A stretch of 43,492 nucleotides of DNA from Gemmatimonadales bacterium (GTDB lineage Bacteria; Gemmatimonadota; Gemmatimonadetes; Gemmatimonadales; GWC2-71-9). Shown in pieces: positions 1 to 8,341 of this stretch (position 1 is its first letter; every line of letters starts with the position of its first letter). A model generated the notes under the pieces. The model made no database searches, had not been told where the DNA came from, and worked only from the letters and a program-made list of their open reading frames with translations. The position numbers and the translations under genes are program-made. The DNA lies in assembly GCA_038320055.1 (NCBI GenBank), contig JBBQDU010000003.1, positions 1 through 43,492 of the forward strand, read 5' to 3'.

Positions 1-135
1 GATGTACAGCATCCCGGAGCGGATGGTGCGGCTGTCCATGCCGACGCCGGTCGGTGCGGGGCCGTCCGCCGGCGCCGCGACGAGCAGGTCGCCGCGCCGG
101 AGCTCGTCCAACAGGTCGCGCCACGCGAGGGGCAT
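1..135 (-). CDS. murE: Mur ligase N-terminus, probably MurE (partial, runs off window)
   Basis: Not in ORF track. Manual translation from ATG at 135: MPLAWRDLLDELRRGDLLVAAPADGPAPTGVGMDSRTIRSGMLYI. DSR-x(4)-G-x-L is the Mur ligase N-terminal motif; lies directly downstream of ftsI. Confidence 0.8.
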   Translation of the reverse strand, partial: MPLAWRDLLDELRRGDLLVAAPADGPAPTGVGMDSRTIRSGMLYI

Positions 136-165
136 GTCGTCAGCTCCGATTGGTCGGTTCCTCGT

Positions 166-2127
166 TCACTCGGCCTGCACCAGCACCGGCGAGCCGGGCC
201 GCGCCGACTCGCCGCCCGCCGGGCTTGTCCGCACCACCTGCCCGGTGCCCCGCAGATCGACCCGGAACCCGCGCCGATGCAGCGCCAGAGCCGCCTCGCG
301 CACCGAGCGGCCCAGCACGTCGGGCACCGGCCTCGGCGCCGTAGTGGGCGCCGGAGCCCGGTCCGGCAGGGAAACCACGATCGGCGGGATCCCTGCCGGC
401 GCCGCTTCGCGCGCGACGTCGGCGGCCGGGGCCGCCGCCTGCGGTGCCGCGAGGCGGCCGCGGTCGATCGCGACGCGACGCGAGGCCAGCGCCTGCTGAA
501 GCATCGTCCGCGTCACCGGTGCCGCCGTCAGACCACCGTAGTACTTGCCCCGCGGGTTGTCGAGCTTGACGATCACCACGAGCTGCGGATGATCCGCCGG
601 AAAGATGGCCGCGAAGGATGCGGTGTATTGCCCGGGTACGTAGCGTCCGTCGACGAACCGCACCGCGGTGCCGGTCTTCCCGAGCACCGCGTAATTGGTG
701 AGCTGGGCCAGCTCTCCCGTTCCGCCCGCGCCCACCGCGTCCCGCAGAAACTCGCGGAGCCGGGCCGCGACGGCCGAGGTGACGACCCTGCGCACCGGTT
801 CCGGGCGGTGGCGGTACAGCAGATTGCCCGCCGGTCCCCGGACTTCGCGGATCAGCGTCGGCGCCAGGAGGACGCCGTCGTTGGCGATCGCGCCATACGC
901 CACGGCCAGCTGCACCGGCGTCACCGCGAACTCGTAGCCCATCGCCAGGCTCGCCCGGGTGTACATCGGCTGCCACCGGTGCGGCAATGCCAGGAGGCCG
1001 CGGGATTCGCCCGGGAACTCCGCGCTCGTCGGCGTGCCAAAGCCGAAATCGCGCAGCATTTCGAACTGTTCCTCGGGACGGAGTCGGGCGGAGAATTTGG
1101 CCATCGCGATGTTGCTCGACACCTGCACGGCGCGGGCCAGCGTCAGCATGCCGCGCACGGCGTGCGCATCGGTGATGCGCCGGGTCCGGCCGGTGGTCGT
1201 CGTGGGCATGTCCCAGACGCCGTTCTCGCCCGACACCGCATCGGACGGGGTGACTCGATCGCGCATCAGCAGGCCGGCCGCGGTGAACAGCTTGGCGGTC
1301 GAGCCGGGCTCGAAGGGATCGGTGAAGGTCGAGGCGCTCGGCACGCCGCCACCCGCCGCCTGGCGCGAGGCGAGGGCCAGCAGCTCACCCGTATTCGGAT
1401 CCAGGAAGACGACGTCCCCGCCCTCGGCTCCCATCTGGGCAATTGCGTCGTCCAACCCGCGCTCCGCGATCTCCTGCAGCTCCACGTCGAGCGTCAGGGT
1501 GACGTCGTTGCCCGGCACGGGGTCGCGCGTCCGCCGGCCAGGCGAGTCGTAGCGACGGCCCGCCCGATCCTTGAGCAGCACCGCCTCGCCGGGGCGGCCG
1601 GTGAGGAGCGAGTCCACCGCCGCCTCGAGCCCCGCCGCGCCCACCGCGGTATCCGCCGACAGGCCGCCGATGATCGGCCGCGCCAGATCGCGCGACGGGT
1701 AGAACCGCTGGAGCTCGCCGGTGAGGTGAATGCCCCGCACCTCACGCAAGGCCTGCACCTGGGTCGCATTGAAGGGGCCGTGCAGGTAGATCCATCGCTT
1801 GCGCCCCAGCTCGCGGCTCAGCGCGGGTCCGGAGACACCGAGGTTCCGCACCACCAAGCTGATCGCCGAGCGGGCGTCCTCGAGCTCGTTGGGCGCGATC
1901 CCGACCCGGTAAGACTCCTGCGTGATGGCGAGCGGGATCCCGTTGCGATCATAGAGCGACCCACGCCGCGCGGGCAGCACCACCTGCTCCGTCCGCAGCC
2001 GCGTCGCCTCGTGCTCCCACCGCTCGGCCTCGACGATCTGCAGCTGGGCGGCGCGCGTCAGGATCGCGAGGATGCCCAGCGCGAAACCAAACTGGATCGC
2101 GGCGATCCGCGCGGCGGGCTTGGCCAT
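166..2127 (-). CDS. ftsI: Class B penicillin-binding protein (FtsI/PBP3) with C-terminal PASTA domain
   Basis: N-terminal TM; RG-x-LYDRNG dimerisation motif; SxxK (EPGSTAK), SxN (SSN), KTG (GKTGT); C-terminal VPDVLGRSVREA PASTA-like repeat; dcw context. Confidence 0.93.
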   Translation of the reverse strand: MAKPAARIAAIQFGFALGILAILTRAAQLQIVEAERWEHEATRLRTEQVVLPARRGSLYDRNGIPLAITQESYRVGIAPNELEDARSAISLVVRNLGVSGPALSRELGRKRWIYLHGPFNATQVQALREVRGIHLTGELQRFYPSRDLARPIIGGLSADTAVGAAGLEAAVDSLLTGRPGEAVLLKDRAGRRYDSPGRRTRDPVPGNDVTLTLDVELQEIAERGLDDAIAQMGAEGGDVVFLDPNTGELLALASRQAAGGGVPSASTFTDPFEPGSTAKLFTAAGLLMRDRVTPSDAVSGENGVWDMPTTTTGRTRRITDAHAVRGMLTLARAVQVSSNIAMAKFSARLRPEEQFEMLRDFGFGTPTSAEFPGESRGLLALPHRWQPMYTRASLAMGYEFAVTPVQLAVAYGAIANDGVLLAPTLIREVRGPAGNLLYRHRPEPVRRVVTSAVAARLREFLRDAVGAGGTGELAQLTNYAVLGKTGTAVRFVDGRYVPGQYTASFAAIFPADHPQLVVIVKLDNPRGKYYGGLTAAPVTRTMLQQALASRRVAIDRGRLAAPQAAAPAADVAREAAPAGIPPIVVSLPDRAPAPTTAPRPVPDVLGRSVREAALALHRRGFRVDLRGTGQVVRTSPAGGESARPGSPVLVQAE

Positions 2128-2426
2128 CAGCGAGGGACCAAGGCGGCGGGCGGTACGACGAACAGCACGAACTCCGAGTCCGCCGGCTCGTGCAGGCCCA
2201 GTGCACGCTGCACGATGGGAACCAGCACCTGCCGGCTGGACGCCATCCGGACACGCCGCTCCAGGTCGGCGCGACGTGCCTCCAGGGCCGCGCGCTCGTC
2301 GCGGAGGTCGTGGAGCCGCCGGGCCGTCCGGAAGCCTGCGGTCTGTCGCGTGGTGATCGCGACCAGCACGCCGAGAAACACGAGCAGCCAGAGCATCAGC
2401 CAGTGCCGTCCCTTAAGACGCATCAT
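2127..2426 (-). CDS. ftsL: Cell division protein FtsL-like
   Basis: About 99 aa from MMRLKGRH (start 2426 or 2423); one TM helix then a coiled coil; between rsmH and ftsI and overlapping both. Confidence 0.75.
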   Translation of the reverse strand: MMRLKGRHWLMLWLLVFLGVLVAITTRQTAGFRTARRLHDLRDERAALEARRADLERRVRMASSRQVLVPIVQRALGLHEPADSEFVLFVVPPAALVPR

Positions 2427-3333
2427 CCGCCTGGAAGATCCGGAGGTGCGCGCTGCGCGCACGGGGGTTGGCCGCGATCTCGTCGGGCCCGGGCGACTGC
2501 GGCTTCCGCGGCACGAGCCGCCCGAGCGGACGGCCGCGACAGGTGCAGACGGGCTGCCGCGGCGGACAGATGCAGGCGCTGGCCCATTCCCGGAACGCCT
2601 GCTTCACCACCCGGTCCTCGCCCGAGTGGTAGGCGATGGCGGCCAGGCGACCGCCGGCCGCCAGCGCGTCCCGGTACGCCGGGAGCGCGGTCTCGAGACC
2701 GGCGAGTTCGTCGTTGACCGCGATCCGCACCGCCTGGAAGAGGCGGGCAAACTCCGACGGACCCGCGCGGGGTCCCAGCGTGGCTCGAACGGCGTTGACC
2801 AGATCGTCGCTGATGGCGAACGGCTGGCGGCCGCGTCGCCGGACGATCTCGCGGGCGAGCCGGCGCGCCTGGCGCTCGTCGCCATAGTCGCGGAACACCC
2901 GTGCCAGCTCCGTTTCCTCGGCGTCATTGAGGAATGCCGCGGCCGTGAATCGGTTCGAACCCATCCGCATGTCCAGCGGAGTGTTGGGACGGAAAGTAAA
3001 GCCGCGATCCGTCTCGTCCAGTTGCCGAGAGGACACACCGAGATCGAGGAGGACGAAATCGGGATGGAAAGCGGCCACCGCGTCGAGCGCCGCGGGGGCG
3101 CTGTACGGAGCCTCGAGGTAGCGAATGCCCTCGTCGCCCAGCCGGCGACGACTGATCGCGATGGCGGCGGGGTCGCGATCAATGCCGAGCACCTCGGCGC
3201 CGGCCTGCCGGAGCGCCTCCGCGTGGCCGCCGTCTCCCAGAGTCGCGTCCACGGCCCGGCGCGCTCCAGCCGCCGCCGCGAGGACCGGGGCGAGGAGAAC
3301 CGGAACGTGCACGGGGCTCGAGGTGTCGGCCAT
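2413..3333 (-). CDS. rsmH: 16S rRNA m4C1402 methyltransferase RsmH
   Basis: HVPVLL, VDATLGDGGH, DLGVSSRQLD, PLDMRM, FQAVRIAVN, YHSGEDR, NPRARSA. Start moved to ATG 3333 because the ORF-track start runs through tRNA-Asp. Confidence 0.95.
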   Translation of the reverse strand: MADTSSPVHVPVLLAPVLAAAAGARRAVDATLGDGGHAEALRQAGAEVLGIDRDPAAIAISRRRLGDEGIRYLEAPYSAPAALDAVAAFHPDFVLLDLGVSSRQLDETDRGFTFRPNTPLDMRMGSNRFTAAAFLNDAEETELARVFRDYGDERQARRLAREIVRRRGRQPFAISDDLVNAVRATLGPRAGPSEFARLFQAVRIAVNDELAGLETALPAYRDALAAGGRLAAIAYHSGEDRVVKQAFREWASACICPPRQPVCTCRGRPLGRLVPRKPQSPGPDEIAANPRARSAHLRIFQADDAS

Positions 3334-3352
3334 GTCCGGCAGCGAGGGAGGG

Positions 3353-3385
3353 AAAACGAAACACCCCGTCCGCAAGGACGGGGTG
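3353..3385 (-). terminator. Intrinsic terminator downstream of tRNA-Asp
   Basis: 10-bp perfect stem CACCCCGTCC/GGACGGGGTG (3362-3371, 3376-3385), 4-nt loop, followed on the minus strand by TTTCGTTTT. Confidence 0.75.
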
Positions 3386-3404
3386 GCACGTTCAGCAGCG
3401 GGAG

Positions 3405-3479
3405 CGGGGCTGACGGGGCTCGAACCCGCGACCTCCGCAGTGACAGTGCGGCACTCTAACCAAGCTGAGCTACAGCCCC
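3405..3479 (-). tRNA. tRNA-Asp(GTC), CCA not encoded
   Basis: GGGGCTGTAGCTCAGCTTGGTTAGAGTGCCGCACT-GTC-ACTGCGGAGGTCGCGGGTTCGAGCCCCGTCAGCCCCG folds as a cloverleaf with GGTTCGA T-loop and G discriminator. Confidence 0.97.
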
Positions 3480-3496
3480 TTCGAACGGCGGGGGTG

Positions 3497-3502
3497 AATA
3501 TA
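3497..3502 (-). promoter_or_regulatory. Putative -10 element (TATATT) for tRNA-Asp
   Basis: TATATT 17 nt upstream of the tRNA in very GC-rich DNA, followed by a GC-rich discriminator-like CACCCCCGCC; the -35 match is weak. Confidence 0.5.
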
Positions 3503-3529
3503 GGCAACGGGGTGCCCCCGTGGAACCCC

Positions 3530-5248
3530 CTATTTGCAGTATGCCTTGAGCATCGAGGCGACCCGCGGCTTGTATTGCTTGATGATGCCGAGGTTCTTGT
3601 CCACCGCCTCCTGATTGACCGACCTTCCGGCCGTCAGCGCCGTCTCGGCCTCTCCCAGCAGAGTCTCTTCCTGCTTGGCCAGGTCACACGACTTCGTCTT
3701 CTCGGCCTGGGGATCGATCTGCGGCACTTGGAAGAGGGTCGCGAGGCCGAGCAGGTAGTTCGACGCCGGCCCCACTTTTCCGGCCGGATTGGCCGCCGCC
3801 ACCGCCATCCGTAGCAACTCGGCGGCGCCCTGCAGGTCCTGCGGCTCCTGGAGCAGCGGCGCGGCGCCGGTGTAGAGCAAGGCGGCCGCGTTCTCCTTTG
3901 CCTGCGGATCCCCGTACTTCACGGCGAAGTCGAGGAACGGCACGGCCTCCTTCGGTCGCTTGGCGTCCACCAGCGCCTTCGCGGCGCTCAGCGCCGGCAC
4001 GACGTCGGTGGTGTCCTTGGCCATGATCCGGTTGGTCACCGCCACGACGCTGTCGGCCTGCCCGGTGAGCGTGTAGCCCTTGTTGAGGTACCCGAGCAGC
4101 GTCGGGTTGTCCGGATACTTCCGGACGCCGATCTGGGACCACTTGAGCAGCCGGGCCGTATCGGGCGTTTCGCCCTCCGCCGCGGCCGCCGAGATCTTGG
4201 TGAAGAAGAGCGTATCCGCCTTGGTGCTGTCAGTGGCGTACAGCGTCTCGAGCGCATCCACGGCGCACTTGAAGTCGCTCAGGAACAGACACGCGTTGCT
4301 CTTCAGATCGTAGAGATCGGCGTTGTACGGATCGAGCTTGAGCCCTTCGTCGGCGACCTGCAGCGCGGTCTCGGGGTGGCCCGACTGCAGGAAGTATTTG
4401 AACAACTCCTCGCGCAGCCGCTGATTGGTGGGCGCGACCCGCAGCATCTGCTTGAAGGCCACCAGCGTCTTGGCGGTGTCCTTGGCCTGCTGATACTCGG
4501 TGGCGAGCGCCGTCCAGACCGGCAGGCTGAGCGGATCGCCTTTGGTGGACGCCTGCAGATGCTTCACGACCTGATCGCGGGAAGCCTTCTTGTCCTGGGC
4601 CAGGAGCGCGAGGCAGTACTCCGCGAGGCCGTGGTTTGGGACCGACTTGATCGCCTTGCCGGCGGCCTCGGCGGCCTTGTCCGGCTTGGCCGTGCGCTGG
4701 TCGATGCAGCTCTTGGCCTCCGCCAGCGACTTGACCGCCGGCTCGAGTGCCTGCGCCAGCCGCTTGCCGAATGCCGCGGGGGTCTCGTTGGCGTTCTGGG
4801 TCAGCGTGATCACGTTCCCGGCGTCATCGCTGACGCCGATCAGGCGCGCCGTCACGGCGTAGCGCCCACCCTCGGCTTTGTTCAACGTGGAATTGACCAG
4901 GAACCGGGCCTGGATGTTCTTGGCAAGCGTGACGGCGAGCGCGGGACTGAGAATGGCGTCCACCGGGTACCCGTACTGCTTCAGGGCGTCATTCATCTGG
5001 ACCTGCTCGACGACCTGGTAATCGCGGCCGACCACGCCCTTCATCCCATCGCGGAGCGCGCTGCCGATGCTCACCGCCGGGGCGGAATCGGCCGTCGCGA
5101 AGGCGAACGGGTTGGCGACCATGAAGCGCGGCGCATTCGTCACGGTGGACGACGAGGTCCGTGCGCCTCGCGGAATCCCCTGCGCGGCGAGCGGCGAGAG
5201 GAGCGAAGCCCCGGCGACGGCGAGAGTCACAAGACGGAGCAGGAACAT
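3530..5248 (-). CDS. Secreted TPR-repeat protein
   Basis: Signal peptide MFLLRLVTLAVAGASLLSPLAAQ; repeated helical TPR-like units (AFKQMLRVAP, DEGLKLDPYN); Lys-rich. Confidence 0.8.
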   Translation of the reverse strand: MFLLRLVTLAVAGASLLSPLAAQGIPRGARTSSSTVTNAPRFMVANPFAFATADSAPAVSIGSALRDGMKGVVGRDYQVVEQVQMNDALKQYGYPVDAILSPALAVTLAKNIQARFLVNSTLNKAEGGRYAVTARLIGVSDDAGNVITLTQNANETPAAFGKRLAQALEPAVKSLAEAKSCIDQRTAKPDKAAEAAGKAIKSVPNHGLAEYCLALLAQDKKASRDQVVKHLQASTKGDPLSLPVWTALATEYQQAKDTAKTLVAFKQMLRVAPTNQRLREELFKYFLQSGHPETALQVADEGLKLDPYNADLYDLKSNACLFLSDFKCAVDALETLYATDSTKADTLFFTKISAAAAEGETPDTARLLKWSQIGVRKYPDNPTLLGYLNKGYTLTGQADSVVAVTNRIMAKDTTDVVPALSAAKALVDAKRPKEAVPFLDFAVKYGDPQAKENAAALLYTGAAPLLQEPQDLQGAAELLRMAVAAANPAGKVGPASNYLLGLATLFQVPQIDPQAEKTKSCDLAKQEETLLGEAETALTAGRSVNQEAVDKNLGIIKQYKPRVASMLKAYCK

Positions 5249-5316
5249 TCCAGTGCCTCCACATAGGATTGGCCCCGAGAGGCCAGCGACGACCGCGCGG
5301 ATGACGCGGAAGCAAA

Positions 5317-5391
5317 TGGGCGAAGAGGGATTCGAACCCCCGACATCCTGCGTGTAAGGCAGGCGCTCTGAACCAACTGAGCTATTCGCCC
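5317..5391 (-). tRNA. tRNA-Val(TAC), CCA not encoded
   Basis: GGGCGAATAGCTCAGTTGGTTCAGAGCGCCTGCCT-TAC-ACGCAGGATGTCGGGGGTTCGAATCCCTCTTCGCCCA folds as a cloverleaf. Confidence 0.97.
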
Positions 5392-5398
5392 CGACATC

Positions 5399-5455
5399 GC
5401 ACGGCCCCTGCGCCCACGGTCGGTATGGAATTAGCTACGAACGCAGGGACCGTGC
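5399..5455 (-). repeat. 14-bp inverted repeat (hairpin) in the tRNA-Val 5' leader
   Basis: Arms 5399-5412 and 5442-5455, 29-nt loop; the single mismatch is a G-U pair in minus-strand RNA. Confidence 0.7.
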
Positions 5456-5474
5456 CGTGACAGAGAACACCCCC

Positions 5475-5687
5475 CTACAGCGCAATCCCGATCGGGAAGA
5501 GCACGCAGTACCCCACGACGAGCAACACGGCCGCGGCACTCGCGTGTCCCGCAGCGAGCGTCAGATAGCCCGCGACGAGCACGAGAACGGCGGCGGCGAG
5601 AATGAACAGGTTGCGGCGTGCGAGCAGGAAACGGCGCTCAACGCGGGCGCCGCGCGCCGGGGGAGCCGAGTGGGGCGAACTGGGCAT
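5475..5687 (-). CDS. Small two-TM membrane protein (DUF3098-like)
   Basis: 70 aa; RRNLFILAAAVLVLVAGYLTL...LLVVGYCVLFPIGI gives two hydrophobic helices; has its own promoter-like element. Confidence 0.7.
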   Translation of the reverse strand: MPSSPHSAPPARGARVERRFLLARRNLFILAAAVLVLVAGYLTLAAGHASAAAVLLVVGYCVLFPIGIAL

Positions 5688-5695
5688 AAGCCAGG

Positions 5696-5724
5696 ATGCT
5701 ACCCCTGTTTGCGGGTCGGGTCAA
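5696..5724 (-). promoter_or_regulatory. Putative sigma70-type promoter TTGACC-N17-TAGCAT
   Basis: -35 TTGACC (5719-5724), exact 17-nt spacer, -10 TAGCAT (5696-5701), 8 nt before the ATG at 5687. Confidence 0.6.
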
Positions 5725-6604
5725 GTTCAGGCCCCTCCTCGGGTTCAGCCTCCACATCCCATCCCGTATCAAGGGCGGCTCGGCGGCTCCGGTCCGCGCG
5801 GCGGCGGCGGCGCACCAGCCACAGGACGGCCAGGGCGGCCACGGCCCAGCCGCCCCCCGCGACGAGCCAATTCCCCAGCGTGTACCTCCGTTTGAGCGCC
5901 CGCTGCCATTCCTGCTCGAACCGGCCGATGGGCAGTCCCGTCGTGGCCAACACGGCCCGCTCGAAGTCCTCCCCTGCCTGGAGCCGATCCAGTAGTGGGC
6001 CGAGCGTACCTGTCGGGTTCCGTCGGGCCAGCTCGGTGACGGCCGACGTCGCGAGGGCGTATGCGGCCTCGGCACTGGACGCCGATCCACGCAGTGCCCC
6101 GTCCAGCGCCGTGAGCGATGGGACCGCCCCTCGGACCACGGCGAGATTGAGTTCGAGTCCGCCCAGCCGCTCCCACTCGCCTGCCGCCCAGGCCGCGTAG
6201 CCCTCATCGAACCAGAGCGGGATGCGTCCTTCGACTGCCTCGTGGAGGGCGAGATGCGCCAGTTCATGCCGAAGGGTGCGGACCAGATCACCCTGATCGG
6301 CACGGAGCACGATGGTGCGGGCGCCCGGCACGGCGATGGCCGCTCCCCAGGACGGAGCGCGGCCCGCCGTCAACGAATCGAGGACACGGCCATCGGGCAC
6401 GACGATGAGGCGGAGAGGACCAGGATCTCGGACACCGAGGCCGGGCCAGTCGGCGGGCCGGTCGGCGACCGTGGCGAGTTCGATGGCGAGGGTTTGTTGG
6501 GGCGGCCACGCGACCGCGGTGACCCTGCCGACCTGAACGGTCGTCGGGGCCCCTTGCAGCAGCAGGCCGAGTACGAGGCCTAGGAGAGCAGGTTGCGCGG
6601 GACC
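5699..6604 (-). CDS. Gluzincin-type zinc metallopeptidase (peptidase MA-like), exported and C-terminally anchored; start uncertain
   Basis: HELAH (HExxH) plus PLWFDEGYA third-ligand motif; C-terminal TM followed by RRRRR. The frame stays open and protein-like to 6604, beyond the GTG at 6400. Confidence 0.8.
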   Translation of the reverse strand, partial: GPAQPALLGLVLGLLLQGAPTTVQVGRVTAVAWPPQQTLAIELATVADRPADWPGLGVRDPGPLRLIVVPDGRVLDSLTAGRAPSWGAAIAVPGARTIVLRADQGDLVRTLRHELAHLALHEAVEGRIPLWFDEGYAAWAAGEWERLGGLELNLAVVRGAVPSLTALDGALRGSASSAEAAYALATSAVTELARRNPTGTLGPLLDRLQAGEDFERAVLATTGLPIGRFEQEWQRALKRRYTLGNWLVAGGGWAVAALAVLWLVRRRRRADRSRRAALDTGWDVEAEPEEGPELDPTRKQG

Positions 6605-7449
6605 TCACCCCCGGCGGCGGCCACGTCGAGCATCTCTCTGCAGCGCTTGGCCCACGGACTGAACTTGTTCGCCTTGTGGCCGTCTCCCCAGGCCTGTACG
6701 GCCTCGTCGCGTTGACCCGCAAGCCACAGGGCACGACCGAGCTCGAAGTGGGCCTCGATCAGATTGGGACCCAGTTTCAAGGTTTTCCGGAGAAAGCTCT
6801 GGGCGTCCTCGTACATCTCGCGCTCCAGGTAGACCAGCCCCAGATAGTAGTGCGCATAAAGCGTGGCTTTGCGGTCGCTGTCCAGACGAATGGCTTTGGA
6901 GAGGTGCTCGATCGCCTCGCCGAAGATGCGCTTCTTCAGACAGATATAGCCGACGTTGATGCGTGCCAGCGCGTTGGCCGGCTCCTTCATCAGGACGCGC
7001 GAGAAGGTGCCAAGCGCATCGTCGTAGTCCTCGTGAAGCATCTGCGCCCACCCCAGCAGCGACAGGGCCTCGACCGCTCCAGGGGAGAGCGCGAGGGCCT
7101 TCTCGAGCGACTGGATCGCCCCGGTGTAGTCACCGAGGGAAATGAGGCTCCACCCCTTCTCGATGAAGGTGGACGCGCCGAGATGATCCGCGTGCACCGC
7201 GGGTCGAGCACCGGAAAACTGGGGTGCCACAGCCGCCGACGCCGCCGCACCCTGCTTGTAGCGGTCGACCAGGCGCCGGATGTCTTCCTTCATCTGCCCC
7301 AAGTCGGTGAGTGTCGTATCCACGCGCTTGAACAGGGCGATGATGTCCTGCTTGAGCGCCTCGCGGTCGGCCGCCGCGGTGGCGGTGCCGAGCCGGGCCT
7401 CGATGTCCTGGAACTGGCGCCGGAGGGCCTCGAGCGGCTGATCGCTCAC
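6580..7449 (-). CDS. TPR protein with N-terminal coiled coil
   Basis: About five TPR units (GDYTGAIQSLEKALALSP, AHYYLGLVYL, AHFELGRAL); 4-nt overlap with upstream cheW. Confidence 0.85.
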   Translation of the reverse strand: MSDQPLEALRRQFQDIEARLGTATAAADREALKQDIIALFKRVDTTLTDLGQMKEDIRRLVDRYKQGAAASAAVAPQFSGARPAVHADHLGASTFIEKGWSLISLGDYTGAIQSLEKALALSPGAVEALSLLGWAQMLHEDYDDALGTFSRVLMKEPANALARINVGYICLKKRIFGEAIEHLSKAIRLDSDRKATLYAHYYLGLVYLEREMYEDAQSFLRKTLKLGPNLIEAHFELGRALWLAGQRDEAVQAWGDGHKANKFSPWAKRCREMLDVAAAGGEVPRNLLS

Positions 7450-7916
7450 GGCGCGCCTCCTTGGGCCGACAACGCCAGTCGCTCGGTCGAGGACAGGAGC
7501 TTCCTGGCGTTGAGGATGATGATCGTCCGGCCGGGGCGGACCACAATCCCGGCGATGTAGGCCGCCGCGAGCCCGCTGACCACCGGCCCGGGCGCGGTGA
7601 TGGTGGTGCTGTCCACGCGCATGACCTCGCGGACCTCGTCGACCAGGAGGCCGATGCGCTGCTCGCCCAGGTCCACCACCATGAGTCGGGTCTCCTCCCG
7701 GATCGGTGCCTCGAGCTCGAACCGCTTGCGCAGATCGACCACCGGCAGGGCCGTGCCCTCATAGGGCACGACGCCTTCCAGGTAGGCGGGAGCGTTGGGC
7801 AGCGGCGCCGGCGTCACGTGCCGCAGGATTCGCTCGACCTGCAGAATGTCGAACGCGAACTCCTGGGTGCCGACCCGGAAGCTGACCACCTGGATGTCGT
7901 CCCCGGAGGCGGTCAT
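7446..7916 (-). CDS. cheW: CheW adaptor
   Basis: From ATG 7916: QVVSFRVGTQEFAFDILQVERI, PLPNAPAYLEGVV, PVVDLRKRF, IGLLVDEVREV. Confidence 0.92.
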   Translation of the reverse strand: MTASGDDIQVVSFRVGTQEFAFDILQVERILRHVTPAPLPNAPAYLEGVVPYEGTALPVVDLRKRFELEAPIREETRLMVVDLGEQRIGLLVDEVREVMRVDSTTITAPGPVVSGLAAAYIAGIVVRPGRTIIILNARKLLSSTERLALSAQGGAP

Positions 7917-8341
7917 GCGGCGGGCGCCTCCGCGAACCGCGCGCCGAGGGCGTCGAGGTCGAGCAACGGCACGAGCCCGCTCTCGGTGCGCGCCACCGCG
8001 GCGGCCCATGGCAGCGCGGAGCCGCCGGGCACGGCTCGGCCGGCCTCGACGAGGACCGACTCGGCGTCTTCCACTTCGAGGCAGATCCGCCGCCCGCCAA
8101 GTTGTACGAGCACGCCGAGATGGCTCGCGACCGCCGGGAAGCACGTGCCGTCGAGCAGCGCGCCGAGGTGGATCAGCGGCAGGATCCGGCCGCGGATTAC
8201 CACGACGCCGCGGACCGAGGCCTCGAGCGACGGCACCGGAAACACCGCGTCGAACGCCAGGACCTCGATGACCTGGTCGAGCGGCAGGCCGACGAGTCGG
8301 CTGTCCGCGCGTACCAGCAGATGGCCCGCCGAGGTCGTCAT
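7913..8341 (-). CDS. cheW: Divergent CheW-like protein
   Basis: From ATG 8341 (ATGA overlap with cheB): [48 protein letters not shown]. Confidence 0.82.
   Translation of the reverse strand: MTTSAGHLLVRADSRLVGLPLDQVIEVLAFDAVFPVPSLEASVRGVVVIRGRILPLIHLGALLDGTCFPAVASHLGVLVQLGGRRICLEVEDAESVLVEAGRAVPGGSALPWAAAVARTESGLVPLLDLDALGARFAEAPAA

Noticed and set aside
277-3459. Long plus-strand ORFs (277-3459, also 10740-12611, 17716-20526, 25629-27899, 30437-32536 and others)
   Set aside because: Antisense shadows of well-supported minus-strand genes in high-GC DNA; no recognisable motifs.
3405-5391. tRNA-anchored genomic island or prophage
   Set aside because: No integrase and no duplicated tRNA 3' end seen; flanking genes are core.
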